64,000 nt of DNA from NCBI GenBank assembly GCA_964573115.1, contig CAZNIP010000004.1, positions 1,190 to 65,189 of the forward strand. The letters run 5' to 3'. Positions 16,071-25,129 of the stretch are shown here, in pieces. The notes under the pieces were generated by a model. It was not told the DNA's origin. It worked only from the letters and a program-made list of their open reading frames with translations, and did not search any database. This stretch comes from an uncultured Desulfohalobiaceae bacterium (GTDB lineage Bacteria > Desulfobacterota > Desulfovibrionia > Desulfovibrionales > Desulfothermaceae). Each line of letters opens with the position of its first letter. Position 1 is the stretch's first letter. The position numbers were made by a program, and so were the translations under genes.

Positions 16071-18938
16071 ATGAGTCTGGCCACCCGCACGAGCGATACC
16101 TCCACCCACCACCCTCAAGCCGTGTTTGCCGTTGTGGGGGCCCTGACCCTCGCTCTGGTCATCCTGGCCCTGCTGCCCACGCTCTGGCCCGGAGCCTTTT
16201 CAGCCCTTCATGGGGTCACGGTCGATACCGACCCGGAAAACATGCTCAGCCGGGATGAGCCGGTGCGGGTCTTTCACAACCGGATGAAAGAAACCTTCAA
16301 CCTCCATGACATGATCGTGGTCGGCGTGGTCAACGAGGCCCATCCCCAGGGGGTGTTCAACAAGGACACCCTCCGCCGGGTCTACGAGCTGACCGAGTTT
16401 GCCCAAACCCTTCAGGGCGAGGCCGTGGGCCGGGACGATCCGGCCGCGGGCGTTGTCCGGGCGGACATCATCGCCCCCTCTACTGTGGACAACATTGAGC
16501 AGGGCGGTGTCGGCACCGTGCGCTTTGAATGGCTCATGCGCCAGCCCCCGGCCAACGACGAGCAGGCCCTGGAGGTCAAGAACAAGGCACAGGACATCCC
16601 CTTCCTCAACGGGACGCTGGTTTCAGAAGACGGCGGGGCCCTGGCCGTCTATCTGCCCATCACGGCCAAGAAGCTGAGCTACGAGATCTGGTCCAAGCTG
16701 AACCAGAAGATCTCCACTTTTGACGGGGCTGAAGAATGGCACATCACCGGACTGCCTGTGGCCAACGACGTCTTTGGGGTGGCCATGTTCAAGCAGATGG
16801 CCATTTCCGCCCCTCTGGCCATGCTGGTCATCTTCGTGCTCTTGTTCTTCTTTTTCCGAAAGCTCATCCTGATCATGTCCCCCCTGCTCGTGGCCATGGC
16901 TTCGGTCCTTCTGACCATGTCCCTGCTGGTCATCACCGGCAACACCATCCACATCATGAGCTCCATGATCCCGATCTTCATCATGCCCATCGCGGTCCTG
17001 GACTCAGTGCACATCCTGTCCGAGTTCTTTGACTGCTACCAGGGCACCAGGGACCGGGTCTACACCATCCGCCACACCATCGAAACCCTGTTCCTGCCCA
17101 TGCTCTACACCTCGGTGACCTCAGCCGCCGGCTTCGCCTCCCTGGCCCTGACCCCGATCCCCCCTGTTCAGGTCTTCGGCATCTTTGTGGCCCTGGGCAT
17201 CATGGCTGCCTGGCTGTTGACCATCACCCTGATTCCGGCCTTCATCATGTTCATCCCTGAATCCAGGCTGGAAAACTTCGGCATGCAGGCCAAAGAGGTC
17301 GAGACCTACGCCAGCACCTCCCTCATGGGCCGGATTCTGGCCTTTGTGGGCAGTTCCACCTATCGCAGGAGCAAGGTCTACTTGGCTGCCACGGTGGTCC
17401 TGGTGGCCGTCTCCGGCTACGGCATTTCCCAGATCGTGATCAATGACAACCCCACCAAGTGGTTCAAGAAAGACCATCCCATCCGTATCGCCGACAAGGT
17501 CCTCAACGAGCACTTCGGCGGGACCTACATGGCCTACCTCCACCTCGAGCCCAGAGACGGTGAGGTCTCCATGGGCGAGGCCATGGCCGGTTTCCAGTCC
17601 AGGCTGACGTCCTTTGCGGCGGAGGAGGCCTTTGAACCCAAGACCCCTGATCTGGCGGACCGGCTTGGGGACAGGGCCGAAAGCCTGGCTCAGGATGCCC
17701 GGTCCATGCAGGCCGTGCTCGAAGACCTCAACCGGTTTGTCCGTCAGCAGCTGGACCAGGCTTCCGGGGCCGCGGCCTACGCCTGGGAGGAGCTCCTCCT
17801 CTTCCTGGATCAGGAGGCCAACCGCAGCCATGTCTTCAAAGACCCTGACGTGCTGGAGTACATCTCCGAACTGGAGCAGGCCCTCCTGGAGACCGGGGTG
17901 GTGGGCAAGAGCAACTCTTTGCCGGACATCGTCAAGACCGTTCACCGGGAACTCTTTCAGGGCAAGCCCGAGGCCTTCAGGATCCCGGACAGTGCCAAGG
18001 CCGTGGCCCAGACCCTGGTCACCTACCAGTCCAGTCACCGCCCCCAGGACCTCTGGCACTTCGTGACCCCCGACTATAGGCAGTCCAGCCTCTGGGTTCA
18101 GCTCAAGAGCGGGGACAACAGGGACATGAGCCAGGTGGTCGAGGCTGTGGACCGCTTCATGGAGGCCAATCCGGCCCCGCACACCCTGCAGGCGGACTGG
18201 TTCGGCCTGACCTACATCAACGTCATCTGGCAGGGCAAGATGGTCAGTGGCATGCTCAAGGCCTTTCTGGGCAGCTTCCTGGTTGTCATGCTCATGATGA
18301 CCCTGCTCTTCAGATCCGCCCTGTGGGGCATCCTGTCCATGGTCCCGCTCACGGTGACCATCGCCCTGATCTACGGAACCATCGGCCTGGTGGGCAAGAA
18401 CTACGACATGCCGGTGGCGGTCCTGTCCTCGCTGACCATCGGACTGGCCGTGGACTTTGCCATCCATTTCCTGGTCCGCGCCAGATCCATCCACGCCGAC
18501 CATGCCCAGTGGACCAAGGCCATCCCCCGCGTTTTCGGGGAGCCGGCCCGGGCGATCATGCGCAACATCGCGGTCATTGCCGTGGGCTTCACCCCGCTGC
18601 TGCTGGCCCCGCTGCTGCCATACGTGACCGTGGGCCTGTTCATGGCTTCGATCCTGCTCGTGTCCGGGGCCACGACCCTGCTCATCCTGCCGGCCCTGAT
18701 CCGCCACCTGGAGCCCCTGCTCTTCCCCAGGACGCGCAGGGTGTCCCTGTTCTGCAACAGAGGCACGTGTGCCGTCAGCGCCGTGGCCGCCCTGGCCCTG
18801 GTGATCGTCAATGTCCAGCAGTTCCTCCGGCTGGGATGGACCCACTGGACCTGGATCAGTCTGGCTGCATTGCCCGTGCTGTTTTTGGTCTGCGGCGTCA
18901 TGTCCAGGCGCACGAGCTGTGCCCCTGAGGAGTCCTGA
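16071..18938 (+). CDS. RND-superfamily MMPL/HpnN-like transporter
   Basis: 955 aa with two 6-TM bundles separated by large soluble loops. It has typical MMPL composition (…GLPVANDVFGVAMFKQMAISAPLAMLVIFVLLFFFFR…, …GLAVDFAIHFLVR…). Confidence 0.85.
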   Translation: MSLATRTSDTSTHHPQAVFAVVGALTLALVILALLPTLWPGAFSALHGVTVDTDPENMLSRDEPVRVFHNRMKETFNLHDMIVVGVVNEAHPQGVFNKDTLRRVYELTEFAQTLQGEAVGRDDPAAGVVRADIIAPSTVDNIEQGGVGTVRFEWLMRQPPANDEQALEVKNKAQDIPFLNGTLVSEDGGALAVYLPITAKKLSYEIWSKLNQKISTFDGAEEWHITGLPVANDVFGVAMFKQMAISAPLAMLVIFVLLFFFFRKLILIMSPLLVAMASVLLTMSLLVITGNTIHIMSSMIPIFIMPIAVLDSVHILSEFFDCYQGTRDRVYTIRHTIETLFLPMLYTSVTSAAGFASLALTPIPPVQVFGIFVALGIMAAWLLTITLIPAFIMFIPESRLENFGMQAKEVETYASTSLMGRILAFVGSSTYRRSKVYLAATVVLVAVSGYGISQIVINDNPTKWFKKDHPIRIADKVLNEHFGGTYMAYLHLEPRDGEVSMGEAMAGFQSRLTSFAAEEAFEPKTPDLADRLGDRAESLAQDARSMQAVLEDLNRFVRQQLDQASGAAAYAWEELLLFLDQEANRSHVFKDPDVLEYISELEQALLETGVVGKSNSLPDIVKTVHRELFQGKPEAFRIPDSAKAVAQTLVTYQSSHRPQDLWHFVTPDYRQSSLWVQLKSGDNRDMSQVVEAVDRFMEANPAPHTLQADWFGLTYINVIWQGKMVSGMLKAFLGSFLVVMLMMTLLFRSALWGILSMVPLTVTIALIYGTIGLVGKNYDMPVAVLSSLTIGLAVDFAIHFLVRARSIHADHAQWTKAIPRVFGEPARAIMRNIAVIAVGFTPLLLAPLLPYVTVGLFMASILLVSGATTLLILPALIRHLEPLLFPRTRRVSLFCNRGTCAVSAVAALALVIVNVQQFLRLGWTHWTWISLAALPVLFLVCGVMSRRTSCAPEES

Positions 18939-19039
18939 ATGCCGTCCGGCCTCTCTGTCGTCGGCCTGACTCCGTCAACGTGCGGGGTCGAGTCGATGCG
19001 GGGCGAATGATGAATGAGACAACACAGAGGAGTTTGATC

Positions 19040-19837
19040 ATGAAACGCTTGCTCTTTTCTTTCCTGGGATGCCTTCTTCTGTCCGCAGGATGGTCTGCAG
19101 CCTCTCTTGAGGCTGCTCCGTCTGTGGACGAGATCGTGGCCAGAGCCAACCACATGTCTTACTACCAGGGCCAGGACGGCAGGTCCCGGGTGGACATGAC
19201 CATCACGGACCAGCAGGGCAGGACGAGGAACAAGTCCCTGACCATCCTGCGCAAGAACATGGACGACAAGGACCGGGAGCAGAGGTTCTACGTCTACTTC
19301 CACCGCCCGGCCGATGAACGGGGCACGGTCTTCCTGGTCTGGAAGCACGTGGGCAGTGACGACGACCGCTGGCTCTACCTTCCGGCCCTGGACGTGACCA
19401 AACGCATCGCTGCCTCGGATGAGCGCACCAGCTTCGTGGGCTCCCACTTCTTCTACGAGGATGTCTCCGGGCGGGGGATCCAGGAGGACGAGCACGAGCT
19501 GCTGCGAACCACGGATAATTACTATGTCGTCAAAAATACTCCCAAAAAGCCCGAAGCAGTGGAGTTCGACCACTACCTCACCTACATCCACAAGCAGAGC
19601 TTCATCCCGGTCAGAGCCGAGTACTACCGGGGCGAGACCAAGTACAGGGAGCTCTCCGTGCTCGAAGTGGACGGGATCCAGGGCTACACCACCATTGTCA
19701 AGCAGAAGATGAGCGATCTGGAAAGCGGCGGCCACACGGTCCTCGAGTTCAGCAATGTGGCCTACGACCTGGGACTGCCGGAGGACATCTTCACCGAGAG
19801 GTACCTGCGCCGGGCTCCGAGGGAGCATCTCCGTTAA
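19040..19837 (+). CDS. outer-membrane lipoprotein-sorting (LolA-like) protein
   Basis: Signal peptide MKRLLFSFLGCLLLSAGWSAASLEA, then SVDEIVARANHMSYYQGQDGRSRVDMTITDQQGRTRNKSLTILR...WLYLPALDVTKRI, as in LolA-like partners of MMPL/RND genes. An AGAGGAG RBS precedes ATG 19040. Confidence 0.75.
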   Translation: MKRLLFSFLGCLLLSAGWSAASLEAAPSVDEIVARANHMSYYQGQDGRSRVDMTITDQQGRTRNKSLTILRKNMDDKDREQRFYVYFHRPADERGTVFLVWKHVGSDDDRWLYLPALDVTKRIAASDERTSFVGSHFFYEDVSGRGIQEDEHELLRTTDNYYVVKNTPKKPEAVEFDHYLTYIHKQSFIPVRAEYYRGETKYRELSVLEVDGIQGYTTIVKQKMSDLESGGHTVLEFSNVAYDLGLPEDIFTERYLRRAPREHLR

Positions 19838-19873
19838 AATCTTTGGGACCGGAAGACCGGCCCCAAAGATTTT
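19836..19873 (+). terminator. hairpin between the LolA-like and barrel genes (attenuator/terminator candidate)
   Basis: AAAATCTTTGGG-accggaagaccgg-CCCCAAAGATTTT. Confidence 0.4.
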
Positions 19874-19916
19874 AAAGAGGGTTAAAGAGATAAACTGCGC
19901 TTCAACGAGGACGCTC

Positions 19917-21506
19917 ATGAACATTTGGCCTTTTGGCGGGCCCCTCTGGCAGCTGTCCTGGCCTTGGGTTGTGCTCGGGTTCCTGCTGGCCGTGTGCCTT
20001 TTCGGAGGGTCAGCCTCCGGTGTTCAAGCCAGGGAGCCGGCCTTGCCGGCCGGGCTCCAGCAGGTGCAGGATCAGGTCCAGGAGGCTCCCCGGGAGCCTG
20101 CCCTGCCCCAGGGACTTGGAAAGGGCGAAGAGGCAACTGATGAGCCCGCCCTCCCCTCCGGGCTCGAACAGGGTTCAGGGACAAAGGAGCCGTCGCTGCC
20201 CTCGGGGCTTTCGTCGCCCACAAAGCCCGAACCCGAGCTGCCTGCCGGTCTGGCCGGGGAGTCTCAGGAGAGTGATGAAGCCTCGGGCGCAACAGGTGAC
20301 AGAGAGGCCGGATGGTGGGGCAGCCTGGACCTGCCGGTGTATGGGTATCTGGAAGGCCGAGTGGGGCCGAGGCTCCAGTCCGACCCTGTTCAGTCCAAGG
20401 ACGCCACCCTGGGTGAAGTCCGGCTGCAGCTGCAGAGCGAAAAGTACTGGGACACGGCCACGCTGGACCTCACGGCCGATGCCGTCCTTGACGGCGTGGC
20501 CGAGGAGGCCGATCTGGATGTGCGCCAGCTCCGGCTGACCTTTTCCCCCCTGGACTCGATGGACGTGCGGGTCGGGCGGCAGGTCCTGTCCTGGGGGACC
20601 GGGGACCTGATCTTCATCAATGACCTCTTTCCCAAGGACTGGGTCTCCTTCTTGATCGGCCGGGACGAGGAATACCTCAAGGCCCCTGGCAATGCGGTCC
20701 GCATCGGGTGGTTCACCGAGCTGGTCAATGTGAACCTGGTCTATTCCCCGAAATTCGATCCGGACCGCTTCATCACAGGCGAGCGGCTCAGCTACTGGAA
20801 TCCGGCTCTGGGTCGGATTGCCGGTGAAGACAATGAGGTCCGGACAGAGAAACCCGACGACTGGTTCGACGACGACGAGCTGGCCCTGCGGCTGTACAGG
20901 AACATCGCCGGCACCGAAGTGGCCCTGTACAGCTCCTTCGGATACTGGAAGAGCCCGGCCGGCCAGGACAGGGCATCCGGCAAGGCCGTCTTCCCCAGGC
21001 TCAACGTCTACGGGGCCAGTGTTCAGGGCACGGTGGGACCGGGCATCGGAAATGTCGAGGTAGGGTACTACGATTCCAGGGAGGATCAAGGCGGGGACGA
21101 CCCCTTTGTGAACAACAGCGAAGTTCGGGTCCTGGTGGGCTACGAGCAGGAGCTGGCCACCGAGTTCACCGGGAGCGTCCAATACTATCTGGAGCACATG
21201 CTCGACTACGATGACTACAGGGACAACCTGCCCCAGGGGGCAGAATCCAGGGATGAGGACCGTCACCTGCTGACCCTGCGCCTGACCAAACTGCTCATGA
21301 ATCAGGACCTGACCCTGTCCCTGTTCACCTTCTACTCCCCTTCGGACCAGGACGCCTACCTGCGCCCCGAAGCCAGGTACGAGCTCAGCGACGCCTGGAC
21401 TGTGTCCACCGGAGGCAACCTCTTTGCGGGGGAAGATCCGAATTCCTTTTTCGGTCAGTTCGAGGACAACTCCAACTGGTATCTCAGCCTGCGCTACGCT
21501 TTCTGA
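19917..21506 (+). CDS. outer-membrane beta-barrel protein with an N-terminal EPxLPxGL repeat region
   Basis: Has a signal-like N-terminus (MNIWPFGGPLWQLSWPWVVLGFLLAVCLFGGSASGVQA) and five EP(A/S/E)LP(A/Q/S)GL repeats. The remainder is rich in alternating aromatic/polar beta-strand pattern and ends ...YLSLRYAF, a terminal-Phe OMP signature. Confidence 0.7.
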   Translation: MNIWPFGGPLWQLSWPWVVLGFLLAVCLFGGSASGVQAREPALPAGLQQVQDQVQEAPREPALPQGLGKGEEATDEPALPSGLEQGSGTKEPSLPSGLSSPTKPEPELPAGLAGESQESDEASGATGDREAGWWGSLDLPVYGYLEGRVGPRLQSDPVQSKDATLGEVRLQLQSEKYWDTATLDLTADAVLDGVAEEADLDVRQLRLTFSPLDSMDVRVGRQVLSWGTGDLIFINDLFPKDWVSFLIGRDEEYLKAPGNAVRIGWFTELVNVNLVYSPKFDPDRFITGERLSYWNPALGRIAGEDNEVRTEKPDDWFDDDELALRLYRNIAGTEVALYSSFGYWKSPAGQDRASGKAVFPRLNVYGASVQGTVGPGIGNVEVGYYDSREDQGGDDPFVNNSEVRVLVGYEQELATEFTGSVQYYLEHMLDYDDYRDNLPQGAESRDEDRHLLTLRLTKLLMNQDLTLSLFTFYSPSDQDAYLRPEARYELSDAWTVSTGGNLFAGEDPNSFFGQFEDNSNWYLSLRYAF

Positions 21507-21507
21507 T

Positions 21508-21566
21508 GTCAGCCCGGCCTCTGGCTGGGCTGACAGGTCGGTGGTCGAGGGTGGAGGGTTGAAGGA
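21508..21566. repeat. hairpin (GCCTCTGGC apex) + GGTYGAGGG repeats directly after the barrel-gene stop
   Basis: gtcagcccggcctctggctgggctgac followed by aggtcggtggtcgagggtggagggttgaagg. Confidence 0.8.
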
Positions 21567-21621
21567 AGAAAAGATCCCCGGCATGTCGAGCATGGCTTCG
21601 ACCCGGCCTGTTTGATCATAA

Positions 21622-21728
21622 CTCGTATGAAATTCGAAAGAAAGAACCCCTCAGCCCTGCGGGCAGCTCCCCTTGGAAAAGGGGAGCAGTCAGAGGTGCA
21701 TCCTCGAAAGTTTCTGCCCTGATCAAAC
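21622..21728. repeat. mosaic intergenic repeat, copy 2 (module A + module B)
   Basis: ctcgtatgaaattcg...gaacccctcagccctgcgggcaGCTCCCCTtggaaaAGGGGAGCagtcagaggtgcatcctcgaaagtttctgccctgatcaaac. This copy is flanked by the inverted 9-mers gtttgatca (21610-21618) and tgatcaaac (21720-21728). Confidence 0.85.
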
Positions 21729-21893
21729 TGGCAGCTTTAAGCATAGGGCTATAGAAAGCTTTAATCCATTTTTGTCTATTTAAATCAAATAGATATGTTT
21801 CAACTTTGCCAGAGGCAAAGCTGAAACATGACTGCATCAATCTCAATTCAATGATTCCATGCTGCCGGCGGCAGCACAGTGAGGGAGGACCAT

Positions 21894-22103
21894 ATGGGCA
21901 TCAACAGGCTTCTGCGCGGCATTGCCGGATTTTTTATCCTGCTCAGCCTCGTTCTGGCGGTCTTCTTTTCGATGTGGTGGCTGCTGTTCACCGCTTTTGT
22001 CGGGGCAAACCTTCTCCAGTCGGCCTTCACCGAGTGGTGCCCGATGATGACTTTTCTGGAAAAAATCGGGTTTCGCAAAGAGGTTCCTGCTCCGAAACAG
22101 TGA
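21894..22103 (+). CDS. DUF2892 (YgaP C-terminal-like) small membrane protein
   Basis: MGINRLLRGIAGFFILLSLVLAVFFSMWWLLFTAFVGANLLQSAFTEWCPMMTFL has two TM helices and a conserved C-terminal Cys-Pro. A GAGGGAGG RBS precedes ATG 21894. Confidence 0.7.
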   Translation: MGINRLLRGIAGFFILLSLVLAVFFSMWWLLFTAFVGANLLQSAFTEWCPMMTFLEKIGFRKEVPAPKQ

Positions 22104-22313
22104 GAACGTTCATGGTAACGTTCCTCAGCGTTCCTCTGGAATCTTGGTAACGGTATGGAGGCCTTTTCTCCCTCTAAGGCCGCAAGGCCCAAAGACCCCG
22201 GCAGGCGTGACGTCTGCCGGGGTCTTCCAGTCCTGGCACTCTCTTTGCTTCCATACGAGAGCGTATCGGCAGGACAACGGACAGCCCATGAACATCAATA
22301 CAGGAGAGGATCT

Positions 22314-22628
22314 ATGACCAAGCAAGAGATTTCACAGGAACTCGAAGAGGCCATCAGCAGCGGGGTGGCCCTGCTCGACTTCAGCGCCTCCTGGTGCGGC
22401 CCGTGCAAGGCCCAGGAGCCGATCATCGAGCATCTGACCCAGAGCTATGACGGTCAGGCGGTGGTCAAAAAGGTCGACATTGACGAGCACAGGGACTTTG
22501 CCGTCAGAATGGGCATCCAGAGCGTGCCCACCCTGGTCCTGTTCAAAGACGGCCAGGAGGAGCAGCGGTTCATCGGGATGCAGAACAAGACGGTCCTGCA
22601 AAAGGCTTTGGATGCTGCCCTGAACTGA
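22314..22628 (+). CDS. trxA: thioredoxin
   Basis: SASWCGPCKAQEP contains the WCGPC active site. 104 aa, with an AGGAGAGG RBS. The track ORF start at 22155 is rejected. Confidence 0.9.
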   Translation: MTKQEISQELEEAISSGVALLDFSASWCGPCKAQEPIIEHLTQSYDGQAVVKKVDIDEHRDFAVRMGIQSVPTLVLFKDGQEEQRFIGMQNKTVLQKALDAALN

Positions 22629-22877
22629 AAAAAAACCGTGGCTCGAGCACCCAGCGGCCGCTCTTCATTCCTCTCTGCGCAGCAGATCTCGCTTGACGAG
22701 GTGAAGCCGGCCGCTGGACACTCGAGCACCCTTGTATGAAACTCAACTCCTGGTAAAGACCAGCCCAGAGTCATCAACAGAGGGAAATCATTTCTATCCT
22801 TTGAAATCATAAAGATATGTGTCAGCCCTGCCAGAAGCAGGGCTGACACACGAACAACATCACCCAAAGGATCAACT

Positions 22878-24434
22878 ATGTGGAAGCTCCTCTCGACCAT
22901 CAGCAAGCACCTGACCATCGCCATTCCGGTGATGATGGTCCTGGGGTTCGTCTTCGGGGTCATGGTGGACGCTGCGCCGCTCAAAAGCCTGATCATTCCC
23001 TTCACCTTCCTCATGGTCTACCCCATGATGGTCAACCTGAAGATCAAGAAGGTTTTTGAAGGCGGTGATCTCAAGGCCCAGCTCCTGACGCAGATCATCA
23101 ACTTCGGGATCGTGCCTTTTGTCGCCTTTGGCCTGGGCGTGCTCTTCTTCAGGGACAGCCCCTACATGGCCCTGGGCATGCTCCTGGCAGGCCTGGTGCC
23201 CACCAGTGGGATGACCATTTCCTGGACGGGCTTTGCCAAGGGCAACATGGCCTCGGCCGTGAAGATGACCGTGATCGGGCTGACCCTGGGGTCCCTGGCC
23301 ACCCCGTTCTATGTCCAGGCCTTGATGGGGGCCAGCCTGGAGGTCAATGTCCTGGCGGTCATGAAGCAGATCGTGATCATCGTCTTCATCCCCATGCTGG
23401 CCGGATTCATCACTCAGCAGGGGCTGATCAAGCGCTACGGCCAGAAGGGGTTTCAGCAGGAATGGGCCCCGAAATTCCCGGCCCTGTCCACCCTCGGCGT
23501 CGTGGGCATCGTCTTCATCGCCATGGCCCTGAAGGCCAAGCCCATCGCCGGGTCGCCCCAGATGCTCCTCTACATCCTGGCGCCCCTGCTCATCATTTAC
23601 GCTTTCAACTATGCCCTGAGCAGCTTCGTCGGGAAACGGCTTCTCCCCAGAGGGGACGCCATAGCCCTGGTGTACGGGTCGGTGATGCGCAACCTGTCCA
23701 TCGCCCTGGCCATCGCCATCAACGCCTTTGGCCCGGAAGGCTCAAGCGCCGCCCTGGTCATCGCCATCGCCTACATCGTCCAGGTCCAGTCCGCGGCCTG
23801 GTACGTCAAGTTTTCCGATGCCATCTTCGGACCGGCCCCTGCGCCAGAAGCGGTGGCGGAAAAGCCAGCCCCAGCCCCGGAAGCGGAAGAGGTTCTGGAG
23901 GAGGTCACATCAGAGCCGGAGTTCAGGAAGATCCTCTATGTCACCGACCTGTCCAGGAGCGCCAGGCATGCAGGTCAATACGCCTGCAGCCTCGGCGTCA
24001 AGTACGACGGCCAGGTCACGGTCATGCATGTCATCCCGGATGTCCTGGAGGAGTTCTCGGAGACTGCCGGGATCGACATCTCTGATCGCGTGGACCAGAG
24101 GACCTGGAAAGAGTTCAACGAGTTCGGAATAGAAAAGGCCCAGGAAGACATCCGCAAGCGGATCGAAACCACCGCCAGGCAGGTCACCCAGCGAATGCCC
24201 TACTGCCCCATGACCCCGAACAACATCAGGGTCGAAGTCGGCGACCCTGTTGACAAGATCGTTTCTGTGGCCAGGGAGGAGGGCTTTGACCTGATCATCC
24301 TGGGCACGCACGGCCATGGAGCCTTTCAGGAAGCCTTCGTGGGCGGCGTGGCCCATGGCGTGATCCGCAAGAGTCCGGTTCCAGTTCTTTCGGTCAAGCT
24401 GCCGGATGGCGACCATGAACAAGCCAGCATTTGA
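22878..24434 (+). CDS. bile-acid/arsenite (BART/ACR3-like) family permease fused to a C-terminal universal stress protein (UspA) domain
   Basis: The first ~330 aa are polytopic and SBF/ACR3-like (…LAGLVPTSGMTISWTGFAKGN…). A PAPAPEAVAEKPAPAPEAEE linker follows. The Usp domain reads RKILYVTDLSRSARHAG...DLIILGTHGHGAFQEAFVGGVAHGVIRKSPVPVL. Confidence 0.8.
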   Translation: MWKLLSTISKHLTIAIPVMMVLGFVFGVMVDAAPLKSLIIPFTFLMVYPMMVNLKIKKVFEGGDLKAQLLTQIINFGIVPFVAFGLGVLFFRDSPYMALGMLLAGLVPTSGMTISWTGFAKGNMASAVKMTVIGLTLGSLATPFYVQALMGASLEVNVLAVMKQIVIIVFIPMLAGFITQQGLIKRYGQKGFQQEWAPKFPALSTLGVVGIVFIAMALKAKPIAGSPQMLLYILAPLLIIYAFNYALSSFVGKRLLPRGDAIALVYGSVMRNLSIALAIAINAFGPEGSSAALVIAIAYIVQVQSAAWYVKFSDAIFGPAPAPEAVAEKPAPAPEAEEVLEEVTSEPEFRKILYVTDLSRSARHAGQYACSLGVKYDGQVTVMHVIPDVLEEFSETAGIDISDRVDQRTWKEFNEFGIEKAQEDIRKRIETTARQVTQRMPYCPMTPNNIRVEVGDPVDKIVSVAREEGFDLIILGTHGHGAFQEAFVGGVAHGVIRKSPVPVLSVKLPDGDHEQASI

Positions 24435-24447
24435 ATGAGGAGGAGAT

Positions 24448-24861
24448 ATGCGATCCACGACCCTCTATGCCACTGAAACCGCAAAGCCCCTGTCCGAGTT
24501 TCTCCAGGGCCTGAACAGGGCCGCAGAAGAAAAGGGTTTTGTCATTCACAACGAAGACAAGATGGAGATGAGCCACACCTTCGGCCGGCACGGCATTGAG
24601 GTGGCCGAGGGCTTTGACCTGCACATGATCCAGGTCTGCAAGCCGGAAAAAGCTGCGGCCAGCCTGAGCACCAACCCGGAACGGGCCGCCCTGATGCCGA
24701 AATTCATCACCACCTTCAGTCACAACGGCACGCTTCAGATCAGGATGCTGGTTTACGGTCAGGACATGATCGAAGACCTCATCGGTGATGCCGACTTTGC
24801 CCACTCTGTCCAGGCCTCGTATCAAGCCATCATTGAGATCATCGAAAAGGCCAGGTCCTGA
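24448..24861 (+). CDS. DUF302 domain protein
   Basis: 137 aa. ...FVIHNEDKMEMSHTFGRHGIEVAEGFDLHMIQVCKPEKAAASL...ALMPKFITTF fits the DUF302 pattern. The call is by recollection, not by search. Confidence 0.65.
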   Translation: MRSTTLYATETAKPLSEFLQGLNRAAEEKGFVIHNEDKMEMSHTFGRHGIEVAEGFDLHMIQVCKPEKAAASLSTNPERAALMPKFITTFSHNGTLQIRMLVYGQDMIEDLIGDADFAHSVQASYQAIIEIIEKARS

Positions 24862-24866
24862 TTCTG

Positions 24867-24909
24867 TCCGATTGTTCGGCACAGGCCTCGGCTGTGCCGA
24901 ACAATCGGA
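24867..24909 (+). terminator. rho-independent terminator-like hairpin
   Basis: TCCGATTGTTCGGCACAG-cctcg-CTGTGCCGAACAATCGGA followed by TTTC, 6 nt after the DUF302 stop. Confidence 0.7.
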
Positions 24910-25129
24910 TTTCAACCCTGGGTCATCAGTCCGGCCAGAGGCTGTGCTGATGGCCGAATTCGCGCGGCATCTCCTGAGTCGTTGCAGCCGCATCATGCCT
25001 GCCGGATGATGAAAAAAATATTGTCTCCTGTCTGGATTTGCTCTACAAATATGGATTGACCCCATCTTTGGTCAGATGTTCCTCAAGAGGGGGGACCAGA
25101 GACAACTGTGCCGCCAGGAGACGAACCCC

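Noticed and set aside
17121-18845. A 574-aa minus-strand ORF antisense to the MMPL gene. Similar long antisense ORFs include 11009-12496 (+), 13949-15289 (+), 20175-21593 (-), 25654-26547 (-), 28024-29292 (-), 35190-36626 (-), 42063-43106 (-), 45962-47047 (+) and 59617-60489 (+).
   Set aside because: They have low-complexity Gly/Arg/Pro/His-rich translations with no recognisable motifs. Each exactly shadows a strongly supported gene on the opposite strand, which is the typical stop-codon-poor antisense frame of a ~60% GC genome.
21616-21846. Track ORFs translating the mosaic repeats (21616-21846 minus and 48073-48279 minus, containing ...GELPAGLRGSF...).
   Set aside because: The shared peptide is simply the repeat read in one frame. 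The copies differ by indels that break the frame, and no RBS is present.
22640-22735. A possible structured RNA after trxA: the direct repeat CTCGAGCACCC (22643 and 22722) with inverted CCAGCGGCCG/CGGCCGCTGG.
   Set aside because: I could not match it to any riboswitch or sRNA class I know. It may just be another repeat or terminator variant, so I left it uncalled.
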